Shown: piece after piece, positions 16,432-25,266 of the stretch
How positions within the stretch are numbered: the stretch's first letter is position 1
How the letters are laid out: every line of letters starts with the position of its first letter
Assembly: GCA_002737445.1 (NCBI GenBank)
Contig: NSIR01000003.1
Coordinates: forward strand, 2,719 to 34,718
Length of the DNA: 32,000 nucleotides
Source of the DNA: Nitrosarchaeum sp.
GTDB taxonomy: Archaea > Thermoproteota > Nitrososphaeria > Nitrososphaerales > Nitrosopumilaceae
Reading direction: 5' to 3'
Notes under the pieces: generated by a model
Databases searched by the model: none
Told to the model about the DNA's origin: nothing
Seen by the model: the letters and a program-made list of their open reading frames with translations, nothing else
Position numbers and translations under genes: made by a program

Positions 16432-17214
16432 ATGAAACATTCAAAACAAATTATCGCGACAATCATAGTCATAATGGTAATTTCTGTTACAATGAGTGCA
16501 ATTTCAGTCACACCAAATGTAAGTGCACAAGAAGTCACACCTTTTCCATCCCGGGAAAAAATATTATCTGTGACCGGAAATGCATTTTCTAGTGTAGATC
16601 CAGATCTTGCAAACATTAGTTTTGGTGTGGAAATTCAAGAAAAAACTGCAAACGCTGCACTCACTGCAAACTCTGAATTAATGAGTAAAGTGATTGTATC
16701 CATCAAACAAGTTGGAATTTCTGATTCAGAAATTAGTACTTCACAGTTTAGCATTTATCCTGTATATGATTATTATCAGGAAAAAGAAACTGGATCTAAT
16801 GTACAAAAACTTGTTGGATACAAAGTTAGCAATATGATAATTGTAAAAACTGATAAACTTGACAGCGTGGCTGCAATCATAGATAATGCAGTAAATGCTG
16901 GTGTCAACAGAGTGGATAATGTGTTTTTTTCATTATCTCCAGAAGTTCAATCTACCCTCAAAGATGAACTTTTAGGAAAAGCAGTACTTGATGCAAAGTC
17001 AAAGGCACAATTAGCTTTATCTGCACTCAATTACAAAATAATTGGAGTCAAGGCAGTATCATTATCTGAATTTTCAATGCCGTATCCACAACCAATGTAT
17101 GCTATGGAATATGATAGAATGATGGCAAAATCATCTGCACCTACACAGATATTCTCATCAGACCAACAAGTCAGTACTAGCGTCAACGTTGTATTCCTTA
17201 TTGGAACCAACTAA
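16432..17214 (+). CDS. SIMPL-domain (DUF541) secreted or membrane-anchored protein
   Basis: N-terminal signal/anchor sequence. ILSVTGNAFSSVDPDLANISFGVE...SQFSIYPVYD fits the SIMPL/DUF541 pattern. Confidence 0.7.
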   Translation: MKHSKQIIATIIVIMVISVTMSAISVTPNVSAQEVTPFPSREKILSVTGNAFSSVDPDLANISFGVEIQEKTANAALTANSELMSKVIVSIKQVGISDSEISTSQFSIYPVYDYYQEKETGSNVQKLVGYKVSNMIIVKTDKLDSVAAIIDNAVNAGVNRVDNVFFSLSPEVQSTLKDELLGKAVLDAKSKAQLALSALNYKIIGVKAVSLSEFSMPYPQPMYAMEYDRMMAKSSAPTQIFSSDQQVSTSVNVVFLIGTN

Positions 17215-17294
17215 TTTTTTATTTTTAATTTAGGTATAAAAACAAAATCAAGTAGGAAGATAAATTAACCTCTTTTCAATTTTGCAAATTATTA

Positions 17295-17555
17295 ATGGCT
17301 ATTTTTATTGTTCATGTGACCATTGAAAATAAACCTGGAATCAGTGATCCTGAAGGTGAAACCATATTAAATGATCTTGTTTTGAAAGGAACCACATCTA
17401 CAGTGACTAAAATTAAATCTGCAAAAATGTTACAATTTACAATTAAGGAGAAAGATAAAAAATCGGCAAAAATTAAAGTTCAAAATATTTGTGATGAATT
17501 GCGCATTTACAATCCAATGGTGAGTAAAATAACTATTGATGTATTTGATGCTTAA
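17295..17555 (+). CDS. purS: Phosphoribosylformylglycinamidine synthase subunit PurS
   Basis: 86 aa. V.V..KPGI.DPEGETI is the PurS signature. Sits in the pur gene context. Confidence 0.85.
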   Translation: MAIFIVHVTIENKPGISDPEGETILNDLVLKGTTSTVTKIKSAKMLQFTIKEKDKKSAKIKVQNICDELRIYNPMVSKITIDVFDA

Positions 17556-17591
17556 TTGATATTGTAATACTAGTTTCTCTATTTTGATACC

Positions 17592-17617
17592 TTTTTTCTA
17601 TTTTTAAACTGGATTCA
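17592..17617 (+). repeat. Direct repeat copy 1 in the purS-purQ spacer (TTTTTTCTATTTTTAAACTGGATTCA)
   Basis: 25 of 26 bases identical to 17662-17687, which lies 70 bp downstream. It contains a T-run and a TATA-like ATTTTTAAA. Confidence 0.85.
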
Positions 17618-17661
17618 TTAATTAGATACGGATCTGCTAATTATAGCGATCAAGATATTCT

Positions 17662-17687
17662 TTTTTTCTATTTTTAAACTAGATTCA
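17662..17687 (+). repeat. Direct repeat copy 2 in the purS-purQ spacer (TTTTTTCTATTTTTAAACTAGATTCA)
   Basis: See copy 1. Its TATA-like core lies about 45 nt upstream of the purQ GTG start. Confidence 0.85.
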
Positions 17688-17717
17688 AATTAAATATCTC
17701 TGTCAATAATCCTAATT

Positions 17718-18398
17718 GTGAATGTAGCTGTAATCGTTTTTCCAGGCAGTAACTGTGATAGAGACATGTATCATGTTTTGACTGATGTTTTTAAATTAAA
17801 TGCTACATATTTTTGGCATGAAAAAGGACTACCAAAAAATATTGATGCTGTGATTCTTCCAGGTGGATTTTCTTATGGAGATAGATTAAGATCCGGCGCA
17901 ATCGCAGCTCATAGTCCAATAATAAAGGATGTAAAAAAAATGGCAGAAAAAGGAGTTCCTATTTTAGGTGTATGTAATGGATTTCAAATTCTTGTAGAGG
18001 CTGGATTACTTCCAGGTGCATTACTCAAAAACACATCACTTAATTTTATGTGTGAGTGGACTAGTTTAATTGTTGAAAATAATACAACACCTTTTTCAAA
18101 TAAATTAAAACTGTATCAAAAAATTCCAATTCCTATTGCAAATGGGGAAGGGAGATACTATGTAGATAGTGAGACATTGAAACAATTAAAGAAAAAAAAT
18201 CAAATCGTATTTAGATATAGTGATACTGTAAATGGTTCCTCTGATAGAATAGCTGGAGTTTGTAGTGAGGATGGCAATGTTGTTGGTATGATGCCTCATC
18301 CAGAACGAGCAGCTGAATCTCAAATAAATCCAAATGACAATAAACCTGCTTCTCTGATTTTTGAATCTCTACTAAATGCAATTGGTGTACAAAATTGA
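17718..18398 (+). CDS. purQ: Phosphoribosylformylglycinamidine synthase glutaminase subunit PurQ
   Basis: GTG start. VAVIVFPGSNCDRD, the GVCNGFQ nucleophile elbow and MPHPER are present. Overlaps the purL start by 4 nt. Confidence 0.9.
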   Translation: MNVAVIVFPGSNCDRDMYHVLTDVFKLNATYFWHEKGLPKNIDAVILPGGFSYGDRLRSGAIAAHSPIIKDVKKMAEKGVPILGVCNGFQILVEAGLLPGALLKNTSLNFMCEWTSLIVENNTTPFSNKLKLYQKIPIPIANGEGRYYVDSETLKQLKKKNQIVFRYSDTVNGSSDRIAGVCSEDGNVVGMMPHPERAAESQINPNDNKPASLIFESLLNAIGVQN

Positions 18399-20560
18399 GT
18401 TTAGAATCCGGAGAACTAGATGATCTCACATTAAAGATTGGACGAAAACCAACCTCAACTGAATTACAAATTGTAGCAGCTGAATGGTCTGAACACTGTT
18501 CATACAAATCATCAAAAAAACATCTTAAAATGTTACCCATGAAAGGACCATTAGTTATATCTGAAAAAGGATATGATTCTGGAGTTTTAGATGTAGGTGA
18601 CGGTTATGTGATTACAGCTCACATAGAAAGTCACAATCACCCATCAGCAGTTGAACCGTATGGTGGCGCTGCAACTGGTGTCGGTGGTGTAATTCGTGAT
18701 ATTCTTTCAGCTGGAACTCGACCTATTGCGATTTTTAATGGCTTACGATTTGGTGATATTGAAAAAGATTTACACGCACGATGGCTTTTTAAAAACGCAG
18801 TTAAGGGAATTGCTGATTATGGAAATTGTTTGGGAATTCCAACTATTGGTGGTGAGGTTGAATTTGATAAATGTTATTCTAATTACGCGTTAGTTGATGT
18901 TGCAGCAATTGGATTTGGAAAGAAAAAAAATCTTATAAAAAATCATGCTAAAACAGGTGATATAGTTGTCCTACTTGGGGGGGCTACAGGTAGAGATGGA
19001 ATTGGAGGCTCACAATTTGCTTCTGATTCTTTGGAATCTGAAAATCGTTCTGCTGTTCAAATTCCAGATCCTTTTATTGAAAAATTAATTATTGAGGCAA
19101 TTCTTGAAGCTCGAACTGAAAATTTAATCCATGCTCTAAAAGATCTTGGTGGCGGAGGATTGTCTTGCGCTGTTTCTGAAACTGCTGATGCCCTATCTAT
19201 TGGAATTGAAATGGATGTCGATAAAGTCCATACGCGCGAATTAAATATGAATCCAGATGAAATCATGGTATCTGAATCACAAGAAAGAATGTTGATTGTA
19301 ACAAGTAATGATAAACTCAAAAAACTAGAGGGCATTTGTAAAAAGTATCGTATAACGTGTTCGGTAATTGGACATGTGACTTTAGATAATATGATGCATG
19401 TCAAAAAGGGGGAAAAAACATGTGCAAATCTTCCAACAGACGTTGTTGCAAATGCAACTCTTTTAGATAGACCTTCAAAAAAACCGGCATATTTGGAAAA
19501 TATTGAAAATGAAAAGAAACTCAAACCAATTTTAGATTATACAAAAATGATGATGAAATTTATTGCATCGCCAAATATCGCAAGCAAAATTTGGGTTTAT
19601 GGACAATATGATCATGAAGTTGGAATTAGGACCGTAGTAAAACCCGGAAAAGATGCATCAGTTCTTCGTTTAGATAATGGTAAATTCTTATCTGCAAAAA
19701 TAGATGGTAATCCAAAACACTGTTACATTAATCCAAGAGAAGGAGCTATAGGCTGTTTTGAGGAAGCGTGCAGAAACGTTGTTTGTACTGGTGCAAAACC
19801 AATCGGAATGCTTGATCATTTACAATTTGGAAATCCAGAAAATCCTGAAATTTTTTGGACATTTTTGGAATCATTAAAAGGAATAACTGATTTTGCAAAA
19901 TATTTTGAAATTCCTTGTGTTGGTGGAAAAGTTAGTCTGTACAATGAAACTCCTTCGGGTCAGATAAAACCTACGCCTATAATTGGAATTTTGGGATTGA
20001 TTGATAAAACTCCCTTATCTACTCAAAATATCTCCAAAGGCGATTGCATTGTAATTGTAGGTCAAACTAAAAATGAAATGGGAGGTTCAGAATATTTTGA
20101 GTACATTCACAAATTCATTGGAGGAAAATGTCCAACTGTTAATTTTCTAGAATCTAAAATTAACATGAATTCAGTTTTGAATGTAATTACGAAAGGTCTT
20201 GTTAAAGCTGCACACGATTGCTCTAAAGGTGGATTGGCAGTAGCTGTCTCTGAACTTTGCATGACTTATCAAATAGGATGCAATATTTCACTAGAAAAAG
20301 TACCTAATCAAAAATTAGATGTGGATAGAATTTTGTTTTCAGAAAGTCATTCTAGATATCTTTTGGTCTTAGAAAAGAAAGATCTCAAAAAATTAGAGAC
20401 ACTTCTCAAAAAAAGCAAAGTTGAGTACAATGTGATCGGCGTATTTGGCGGTGATCATATTAGATTTAATAAAGAAAGTAAAAATATCATAGATCTGAGT
20501 GTTGATAAATCACAAAAAATTTGGTTTAATTCCTTAAAGGAGTTAGTACTGCATGGTTAA
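18395..20560 (+). CDS. purL: Phosphoribosylformylglycinamidine synthase subunit PurL (small form)
   Basis: 721 aa. EWSEHCSYKSS, ESHNHPSAVEPYGGAATGVGG and duplicated AIR-synthase-like domains are present. Confidence 0.95.
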   Translation: MSLESGELDDLTLKIGRKPTSTELQIVAAEWSEHCSYKSSKKHLKMLPMKGPLVISEKGYDSGVLDVGDGYVITAHIESHNHPSAVEPYGGAATGVGGVIRDILSAGTRPIAIFNGLRFGDIEKDLHARWLFKNAVKGIADYGNCLGIPTIGGEVEFDKCYSNYALVDVAAIGFGKKKNLIKNHAKTGDIVVLLGGATGRDGIGGSQFASDSLESENRSAVQIPDPFIEKLIIEAILEARTENLIHALKDLGGGGLSCAVSETADALSIGIEMDVDKVHTRELNMNPDEIMVSESQERMLIVTSNDKLKKLEGICKKYRITCSVIGHVTLDNMMHVKKGEKTCANLPTDVVANATLLDRPSKKPAYLENIENEKKLKPILDYTKMMMKFIASPNIASKIWVYGQYDHEVGIRTVVKPGKDASVLRLDNGKFLSAKIDGNPKHCYINPREGAIGCFEEACRNVVCTGAKPIGMLDHLQFGNPENPEIFWTFLESLKGITDFAKYFEIPCVGGKVSLYNETPSGQIKPTPIIGILGLIDKTPLSTQNISKGDCIVIVGQTKNEMGGSEYFEYIHKFIGGKCPTVNFLESKINMNSVLNVITKGLVKAAHDCSKGGLAVAVSELCMTYQIGCNISLEKVPNQKLDVDRILFSESHSRYLLVLEKKDLKKLETLLKKSKVEYNVIGVFGGDHIRFNKESKNIIDLSVDKSQKIWFNSLKELVLHG

Positions 20561-21986
20561 AGAAAATTGTGGAGTGGTTGGGATTTTTAGTCTTAGTGGA
20601 ACAAATGTCGTTCCTATGGCAATTGATGCACTTAGGGCATTACAACACAGAGGACAAGAAGCATGGGGTATTGCAATTCCAAACAAAATGCCACTAAAAA
20701 GATTGGGACTTGTAACTGCGGCATCATCAGAATTTAAGAAAATATGTGATGACTATTCATCACATTCCGTAATTGGACATGTCCGATATTCTACAATGGG
20801 ACGAAGTACACTTGAAAATGCACAACCTCTCAAAGTCAAAGATCTTTGTATTGCTCATAATGGAACAATTGCAAATGTTCAAGAACTATCTAATTTAGTT
20901 GGAGGATGTTCATTTACACCTCAAAATGCAAGTGATACATTGGTTGCAGCACAAAGACTAGTTACATTAATTTCTGAAAATGGCGGAATGGGTAAAGCAC
21001 TATCAATTTTAAAAAATGAAATGATTGGGTCGTATTGTTTTACTTTTATCTCTGATGATAATTCTGTATATGCTGCAAGGGATCCTAAAGGATTCAGACC
21101 AATGGTTTTAGGTTACAAGTTATCTGATGATACCTACATTGTTGCCTCTGAATCATCTGCAGTTTCTGCAGTAGGGGCAAAACTTCAAAGAGATGTAATT
21201 CCAGGGGAATTAATTAAAATCAGTAAAAATGGATTGGAAACTGAAAGATTTTCAAATGACACTTCACGTGCTCATTGTTCTTTTGAATACACTTACTTTG
21301 CACACCCATCTAGTAACATGGAAGGGGCGAACATTTACATTTCAAGAAAAAGAATTGGTAAATTTTTAGCAAAAAAATTCCCAATTAAAGACGCTGATCT
21401 TGTAATTCCGGTTCCTGATTCTGCAAGACCTGCAGCATTAGGATATGCACAAGAATTGGGTATTACATTTGATGAAGGATTGATAAAAGATCGATATAGC
21501 AAGAAAGGTCCACTACGAAGTTTTATTGAGCCACATCAAAGTGATAGAATTGAAATAAATCGCTGGATTATTCCAATAAAGGAAATCATTGAAGGTAAAC
21601 ATGTTGTTGTAATTGATGATAGCCTAGTGCGCGGAACAAGTTCAAAGGCTATCATTCAAGCACTTCGAAGAGCAGGTGCCAAAAAAATCAGCATGGTGAT
21701 TACTTATCCTCCAATTAAATATCCATGTTACGCCGGAATTGATTTCCCTTCAAAAGATGAACTTGCCACATTTACTAATGGTGTAGATATGACTGATGAA
21801 CAAATGACTGAAATGGTTAGAAAAAGTATTGGGGCTGACTTTTTAGGTTACAATGATGCCAAAAATCTCGCTGACGCTGTTGGCATTTCTTCAGATTCTA
21901 TGTGTTTTACTTGCTCCTCTGGGAATTACGATTCATTAGGAATTACCCCAGAGTTTAAAACACGTCTTGAAATGAAAGGTGAATAA
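20553..21986 (+). CDS. purF: Amidophosphoribosyltransferase PurF
   Basis: MVKEN-CGVVGI indicates a short propeptide before the Ntn catalytic Cys. RGQEAWG, the PRTase VVVIDDSLVRGTS loop and Cys ligands near the C-terminus are present. Overlaps purL by 8 nt. Confidence 0.95.
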   Translation: MVKENCGVVGIFSLSGTNVVPMAIDALRALQHRGQEAWGIAIPNKMPLKRLGLVTAASSEFKKICDDYSSHSVIGHVRYSTMGRSTLENAQPLKVKDLCIAHNGTIANVQELSNLVGGCSFTPQNASDTLVAAQRLVTLISENGGMGKALSILKNEMIGSYCFTFISDDNSVYAARDPKGFRPMVLGYKLSDDTYIVASESSAVSAVGAKLQRDVIPGELIKISKNGLETERFSNDTSRAHCSFEYTYFAHPSSNMEGANIYISRKRIGKFLAKKFPIKDADLVIPVPDSARPAALGYAQELGITFDEGLIKDRYSKKGPLRSFIEPHQSDRIEINRWIIPIKEIIEGKHVVVIDDSLVRGTSSKAIIQALRRAGAKKISMVITYPPIKYPCYAGIDFPSKDELATFTNGVDMTDEQMTEMVRKSIGADFLGYNDAKNLADAVGISSDSMCFTCSSGNYDSLGITPEFKTRLEMKGE

Positions 21987-21987
21987 G

Positions 21988-22233
21988 ATGGAAACTGCTT
22001 ATGTTTTAGTAAAAAGTGAAATGGCTCATGAAATGGAAGTAATGAGTGATATTTTAAAAATTGAGGCTGTAAAAGAAGCTAAAGGAACTTTTGGTGTTTA
22101 TGATATTTTTGTTAAAGTTCAAGGAAATACATCTAGAGATGTTGAAGATGCCATTACAAAACAAATTAGAAAAATAAAGAATGTAGTTTCTACAACCACC
22201 TTATCTGTAATTCCAGAACAAGATAAACGCTGA
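21988..22233 (+). CDS. Stand-alone Lrp/AsnC-type RAM (ligand-binding) domain protein
   Basis: METAYVLVKSE...EVMSDILKIEAVKEAKGTFGVYDIFVKVQ....V.TTTLSVI matches the AsnC_trans_reg beta-alpha-beta-beta-alpha-beta domain, with no HTH. ATG at 21988 is 2 nt after the purF stop. An alternative GTG at 21979 would overlap purF by 8 nt. Confidence 0.75.
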   Translation: METAYVLVKSEMAHEMEVMSDILKIEAVKEAKGTFGVYDIFVKVQGNTSRDVEDAITKQIRKIKNVVSTTTLSVIPEQDKR

Positions 22234-22260
22234 TCAATTAAATATTTTGATAAAATTACA

Positions 22261-22539
22261 ATGAAAGCAATTTGGGATAATGTTGTAATTGCAGAAAGTA
22301 ATGATACAGTAATAGTTGAGGGAAATCACTATTTTCCAATTAACTCTATAAAAAATGAATACTTTGTAAAAACTGATTTTGTTTCATTTTGTGGTTGGAA
22401 AGGAAAAGCAAATTATTACTCTGTATCTATAAATGGAAAAATCAACAAAGACTGTGCATGGTATTATGCAGAACCTAATGACGCTGCCAAAAAAATCAAA
22501 GGAATGATTGCATTTTGGAATGGTGTGCAGGTGCAATAA
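22261..22539 (+). CDS. DUF427 domain protein
   Basis: VIAESNDTVIVEGNHYFP...CGWKGKANYYSV...DCAWYYAEP......GMIAFW fits the DUF427 pattern. Confidence 0.7.
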   Translation: MKAIWDNVVIAESNDTVIVEGNHYFPINSIKNEYFVKTDFVSFCGWKGKANYYSVSINGKINKDCAWYYAEPNDAAKKIKGMIAFWNGVQVQ

Positions 22540-22618
22540 ATTTATCTCAAAATATTCGAAATTCAGATATAATTGATTTTCATAGCAGTTAAATCTTAAT
22601 ACAATTAAGATTGAATGT

Positions 22619-23443
22619 TTGAAGTTTATTGCTTCTGGAAAAGTAAAGGATCTATATTCACTTGATGATGACACCATACTTTTCAAATTTTCGGATAGAG
22701 TATCTGCATTTGATGTAAAATTTAATGAGTCTATTCCTAAAAAAGGTGAAGTTTTGTGTAAATTTGCTGAATTTTGGTTTAATCAATTATCTATTGCAAA
22801 TCATTTTGTAAAAAGACAATCTGATACAGAAATTGTGGTAAAAAAAATGAACATGTTACCAATAGAGTGCATAGTTAGAGGCTATTTTTATGGTAGTTTG
22901 GTAAGCAGGTGGGAAAAAGGCGAAATAACTATTCCACATGGCTCTGTTGCAACATTAGCTGCTAAGCTTTCTCAACCAATCTTTGATCCTACTACAAAAT
23001 CTGAACATGATATTTCTATAGATAAAAAAAAATCTCTTGAAATGAAACTAGTCACTGAGGAACAATATCTATGGTTGGAAAAAACATCTATTGATATTTA
23101 CAAACAAATGTCGGATATTGCAGACAAGGCGGGATTTATTTTAGCTGATTTAAAATTAGAATTTGGAATCTTGAATGGAATTATTACATTAGGTGATTCT
23201 ATTGGTCCAGACGAATATAGATTGTGGCCAAAGGACTCATACCAGATTGGAAAAATTCAAGAATCTTTTGACAAACAAATTCTACGTGATTGGTTGATAG
23301 AACATGGATATCAAAAACAATTTGATGATGCACGAAATACTGGCAAAGAACCTATTGCACCAGAAATTCCAAATGAAATAATTCAAAAAATGACCGATCG
23401 ATATGTAACTGCATATGAGAAACTAGTTGAACATTATTTGTAA
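22619..23443 (+). CDS. purC: Phosphoribosylaminoimidazole-succinocarboxamide (SAICAR) synthase PurC
   Basis: TTG start. [23 protein letters not shown] and DEYRLWP motifs are present. Confidence 0.9.
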   Translation: MKFIASGKVKDLYSLDDDTILFKFSDRVSAFDVKFNESIPKKGEVLCKFAEFWFNQLSIANHFVKRQSDTEIVVKKMNMLPIECIVRGYFYGSLVSRWEKGEITIPHGSVATLAAKLSQPIFDPTTKSEHDISIDKKKSLEMKLVTEEQYLWLEKTSIDIYKQMSDIADKAGFILADLKLEFGILNGIITLGDSIGPDEYRLWPKDSYQIGKIQESFDKQILRDWLIEHGYQKQFDDARNTGKEPIAPEIPNEIIQKMTDRYVTAYEKLVEHYL

Positions 23444-23469
23444 TTATTTTTAGTTCTACTTACTATTGC

Positions 23470-23518
23470 ATGTTTACTCTAACTAACACTCCACTCGAAT
23501 TTTAATTTTAGAAATATA
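23470..23518. repeat. Degenerate, insertion-bearing copy of the TTCGAA-palindrome family
   Basis: ATGTTT...ACTCGAATTT-TAATT-TTAGAAATATA, located 3' of purC. Confidence 0.35.
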
Positions 23519-23797
23519 CAAAATTGTTTATTTTGCTTCTATATTGGGAATTATCTTTTCATATTTTTTATTTTTCTTATTTTTTTAAATAATTTAAAAT
23601 GGTACTATAATTATTATACCGCTAATAAATTTATGATAGCGGTTTAAATAATTATATGAGTATTACAATATTATTTATAGTGCTATGATATTTTCAGTTT
23701 AGCTTTCAATATTATAATAACATAAAAAAAATTGATTCAATTAGACAAAAAATATGATATGCGGATCTTTTAGATCACAATTAAAGAGAGATTTAGT

Positions 23798-24331
23798 ATG
23801 TCAACACTCCTGGAAAAAGAAATTAAAGTAAATCGCATACTTACAACAAGTGTAAATCATGCACATGCAATTGAAGATCCTGCACGAGCAAAAATCGTCG
23901 AATTTCTATATCATCGTATATTATCAGCTGAGCAAATTTCAAATGAACTCAAAAAAATAGGATACAAAAAAGCACTGACAACTGTAAGACATCATTTGGA
24001 AATTTTAAAAAAATCAGGTTTAATTGAAATTGCCAGAATTGAGGAATCCCGTGGAGCAATCACTAAATTTTATAGCACATCTACAAAATTACTAGATTAT
24101 TCCGCCCCAATTGATTTTGATTTAAAATATTCAAAAGTTATTGATAACACCTCATTAAAGATTGAAAAAATTCTTAAAAATTTAACTCCAAAAACATCAC
24201 ATTTGAAAAAAAATAAGGGTGGACATTCTGAAGGATATTCACAATATTTGGTAATGGAAATCATGAATCGGGCAATGACAAATATTCTAGAAAATTCAGG
24301 AAAATCAAATTTATCCATAAAATCTAATTAA
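23798..24331 (+). CDS. ArsR-family winged-helix transcriptional regulator with C-terminal extension
   Basis: DPARAKIVEFLYHRILSAEQISNEL....TTVRHHLEILKKSGLIE is a typical ArsR/SmtB wHTH. Confidence 0.7.
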   Translation: MSTLLEKEIKVNRILTTSVNHAHAIEDPARAKIVEFLYHRILSAEQISNELKKIGYKKALTTVRHHLEILKKSGLIEIARIEESRGAITKFYSTSTKLLDYSAPIDFDLKYSKVIDNTSLKIEKILKNLTPKTSHLKKNKGGHSEGYSQYLVMEIMNRAMTNILENSGKSNLSIKSN

Positions 24332-24358
24332 TTTTCAAATGACTGCTCATATGAAATC

Positions 24359-24781
24359 TTGAATGTGTTCACATTGGAGGAAAAAATCATAAAATTATTT
24401 CAGGAAAAAAATATCGTGTTTATTGCAACTTTGATGAATGATGGTTCTCCACAATTATCTCCAGTTTGGGCTAACTATGATTCTGGGTACATTTTGATAA
24501 ATACGGCTGAAGGTAGAATTAAACACAAAAATATTTTACGTGATTCTCGTGTTGCAATTTCAGTTGTATCGCATAATAATCCCCTTGATATGACTGCCAT
24601 TCGAGGAAATGTTGATGAAATAATTCCTGATTATGATTACACCCATGCAGATAAATTAACTCTGCAATACATGGGGCAAAAACATTATCCATTTAAAAGA
24701 AAAAATGAGAAGAGAATAATTTTAAAAATTAAACCACTACATGTTTTTGTTTTACCTGAATACAAAATAGATGCTGATTAA
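24359..24781 (+). CDS. Pyridoxamine 5'-phosphate oxidase (PPOX)-family flavin/F420-binding protein
   Basis: TTG start. VFIATLMNDGSPQLSPVW...ILINTAEGRIKHKNILRDSRVAISV is a typical PPOX split-barrel pattern. Confidence 0.7.
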   Translation: MNVFTLEEKIIKLFQEKNIVFIATLMNDGSPQLSPVWANYDSGYILINTAEGRIKHKNILRDSRVAISVVSHNNPLDMTAIRGNVDEIIPDYDYTHADKLTLQYMGQKHYPFKRKNEKRIILKIKPLHVFVLPEYKIDAD

Positions 24782-24790
24782 AAATTAACA

Positions 24791-24816
24791 TATTTCTAAA
24801 TTCGAATTTAGAAATA
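24791..24816. repeat. Perfect 26-bp palindrome TATTTCTAAATTCGAATTTAGAAATA (family copy A)
   Basis: Reverse complement verified by hand. Lies between the convergent 3' ends of the PPOX gene and the basic-protein gene. Confidence 0.95.
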
Positions 24817-24863
24817 CATCATAATCTTGTTAAATAAAATATAAAAAAGGTAATGAAAGCAGG

Positions 24864-25175
24864 TTATCTTCTTCTAGGAGCTGCTTTTCTTCTAGGAGCA
24901 GCTTTTCTTCTAGGAGCTGCCTTTCTTTTTGGAGCTGCACGTCTTTTTGGAGCTGCTCTTCTTGCTGGAGCTTTTCTTTTTGGAGCTGCCTTTCTTTTTG
25001 GAGCTGCTCTTCTAGATGGTCTCTTGCGAGAAGATGCTGCTCTACTTGCAGATCTACTTCGTTTTCTTCTTAATGCCATTTTAGATGCGTCAGCTGCTTT
25101 TTTTGCCATATTTCGTTTTCTTGTACGAGCGGCTTTTTTTGCTGCCTCAGATCTTTTGGCTTTAGATGTTACCAT
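24864..25175 (-). CDS. Extremely basic low-complexity protein with tandem AAP(K/R)(K/R)(K/R) hexapeptide repeats (histone-H1-tail-like)
   Basis: 103 aa, of which 46 are Lys/Arg and 2 are acidic. Arg is mostly AGA and Lys mostly AAA, the host-like AT-rich usage. A TATA-like AACAATATAA lies 26-35 nt upstream of the ATG, and a T-run follows the stop. The overlapping plus-strand ORF needs atypical CTT/CTA Leu codons. Confidence 0.7.
   Translation of the reverse strand: MVTSKAKRSEAAKKAARTRKRNMAKKAADASKMALRRKRSRSASRAASSRKRPSRRAAPKRKAAPKRKAPARRAAPKRRAAPKRKAAPRRKAAPRRKAAPRRR
24867..25007. repeat. Tandem 18-bp coding repeat, about 8 units (one unit is 15 bp)
   Basis: CTTCTAGGAGCTGCTTTT-type unit repeated head to tail. 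It encodes AAPKRK AAPKRK APARR AAPKRR AAPKRK AAPRRK AAPRRK AAPRRR on the minus strand. Confidence 0.9.
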
Positions 25176-25266
25176 GTTTTATTTACGTTTTTCATTGTGG
25201 TTATATTGTTAAAGTCACACAAAATTGCCTGAATGCAAGTAATATTTGACAATATTTTTTTTGCGA

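Noticed and set aside
23618-23643. 7-bp hairpin ACCGCTA/TAGCGGT in the 354-bp spacer upstream of the ArsR-type regulator, considered as a possible operator
   Set aside because: It is short and isolated with a 12-nt AT loop. It lies about 155 nt from the start codon, and no second half-site or repeat was found. There is not enough evidence to call a regulatory site.
24853-25212. 119-aa plus-strand ORF encoding GAAFLL hexapeptide repeats
   Set aside because: It is the mirror image of the minus-strand basic-repeat gene. The plus frame would need CTT/CTA Leu codons that are atypical for this AT-rich genome and gives an implausible hydrophobic low-complexity product. The minus frame uses AGA/AAA codons and has a TATA-like box and a T-run terminator at the right distances.
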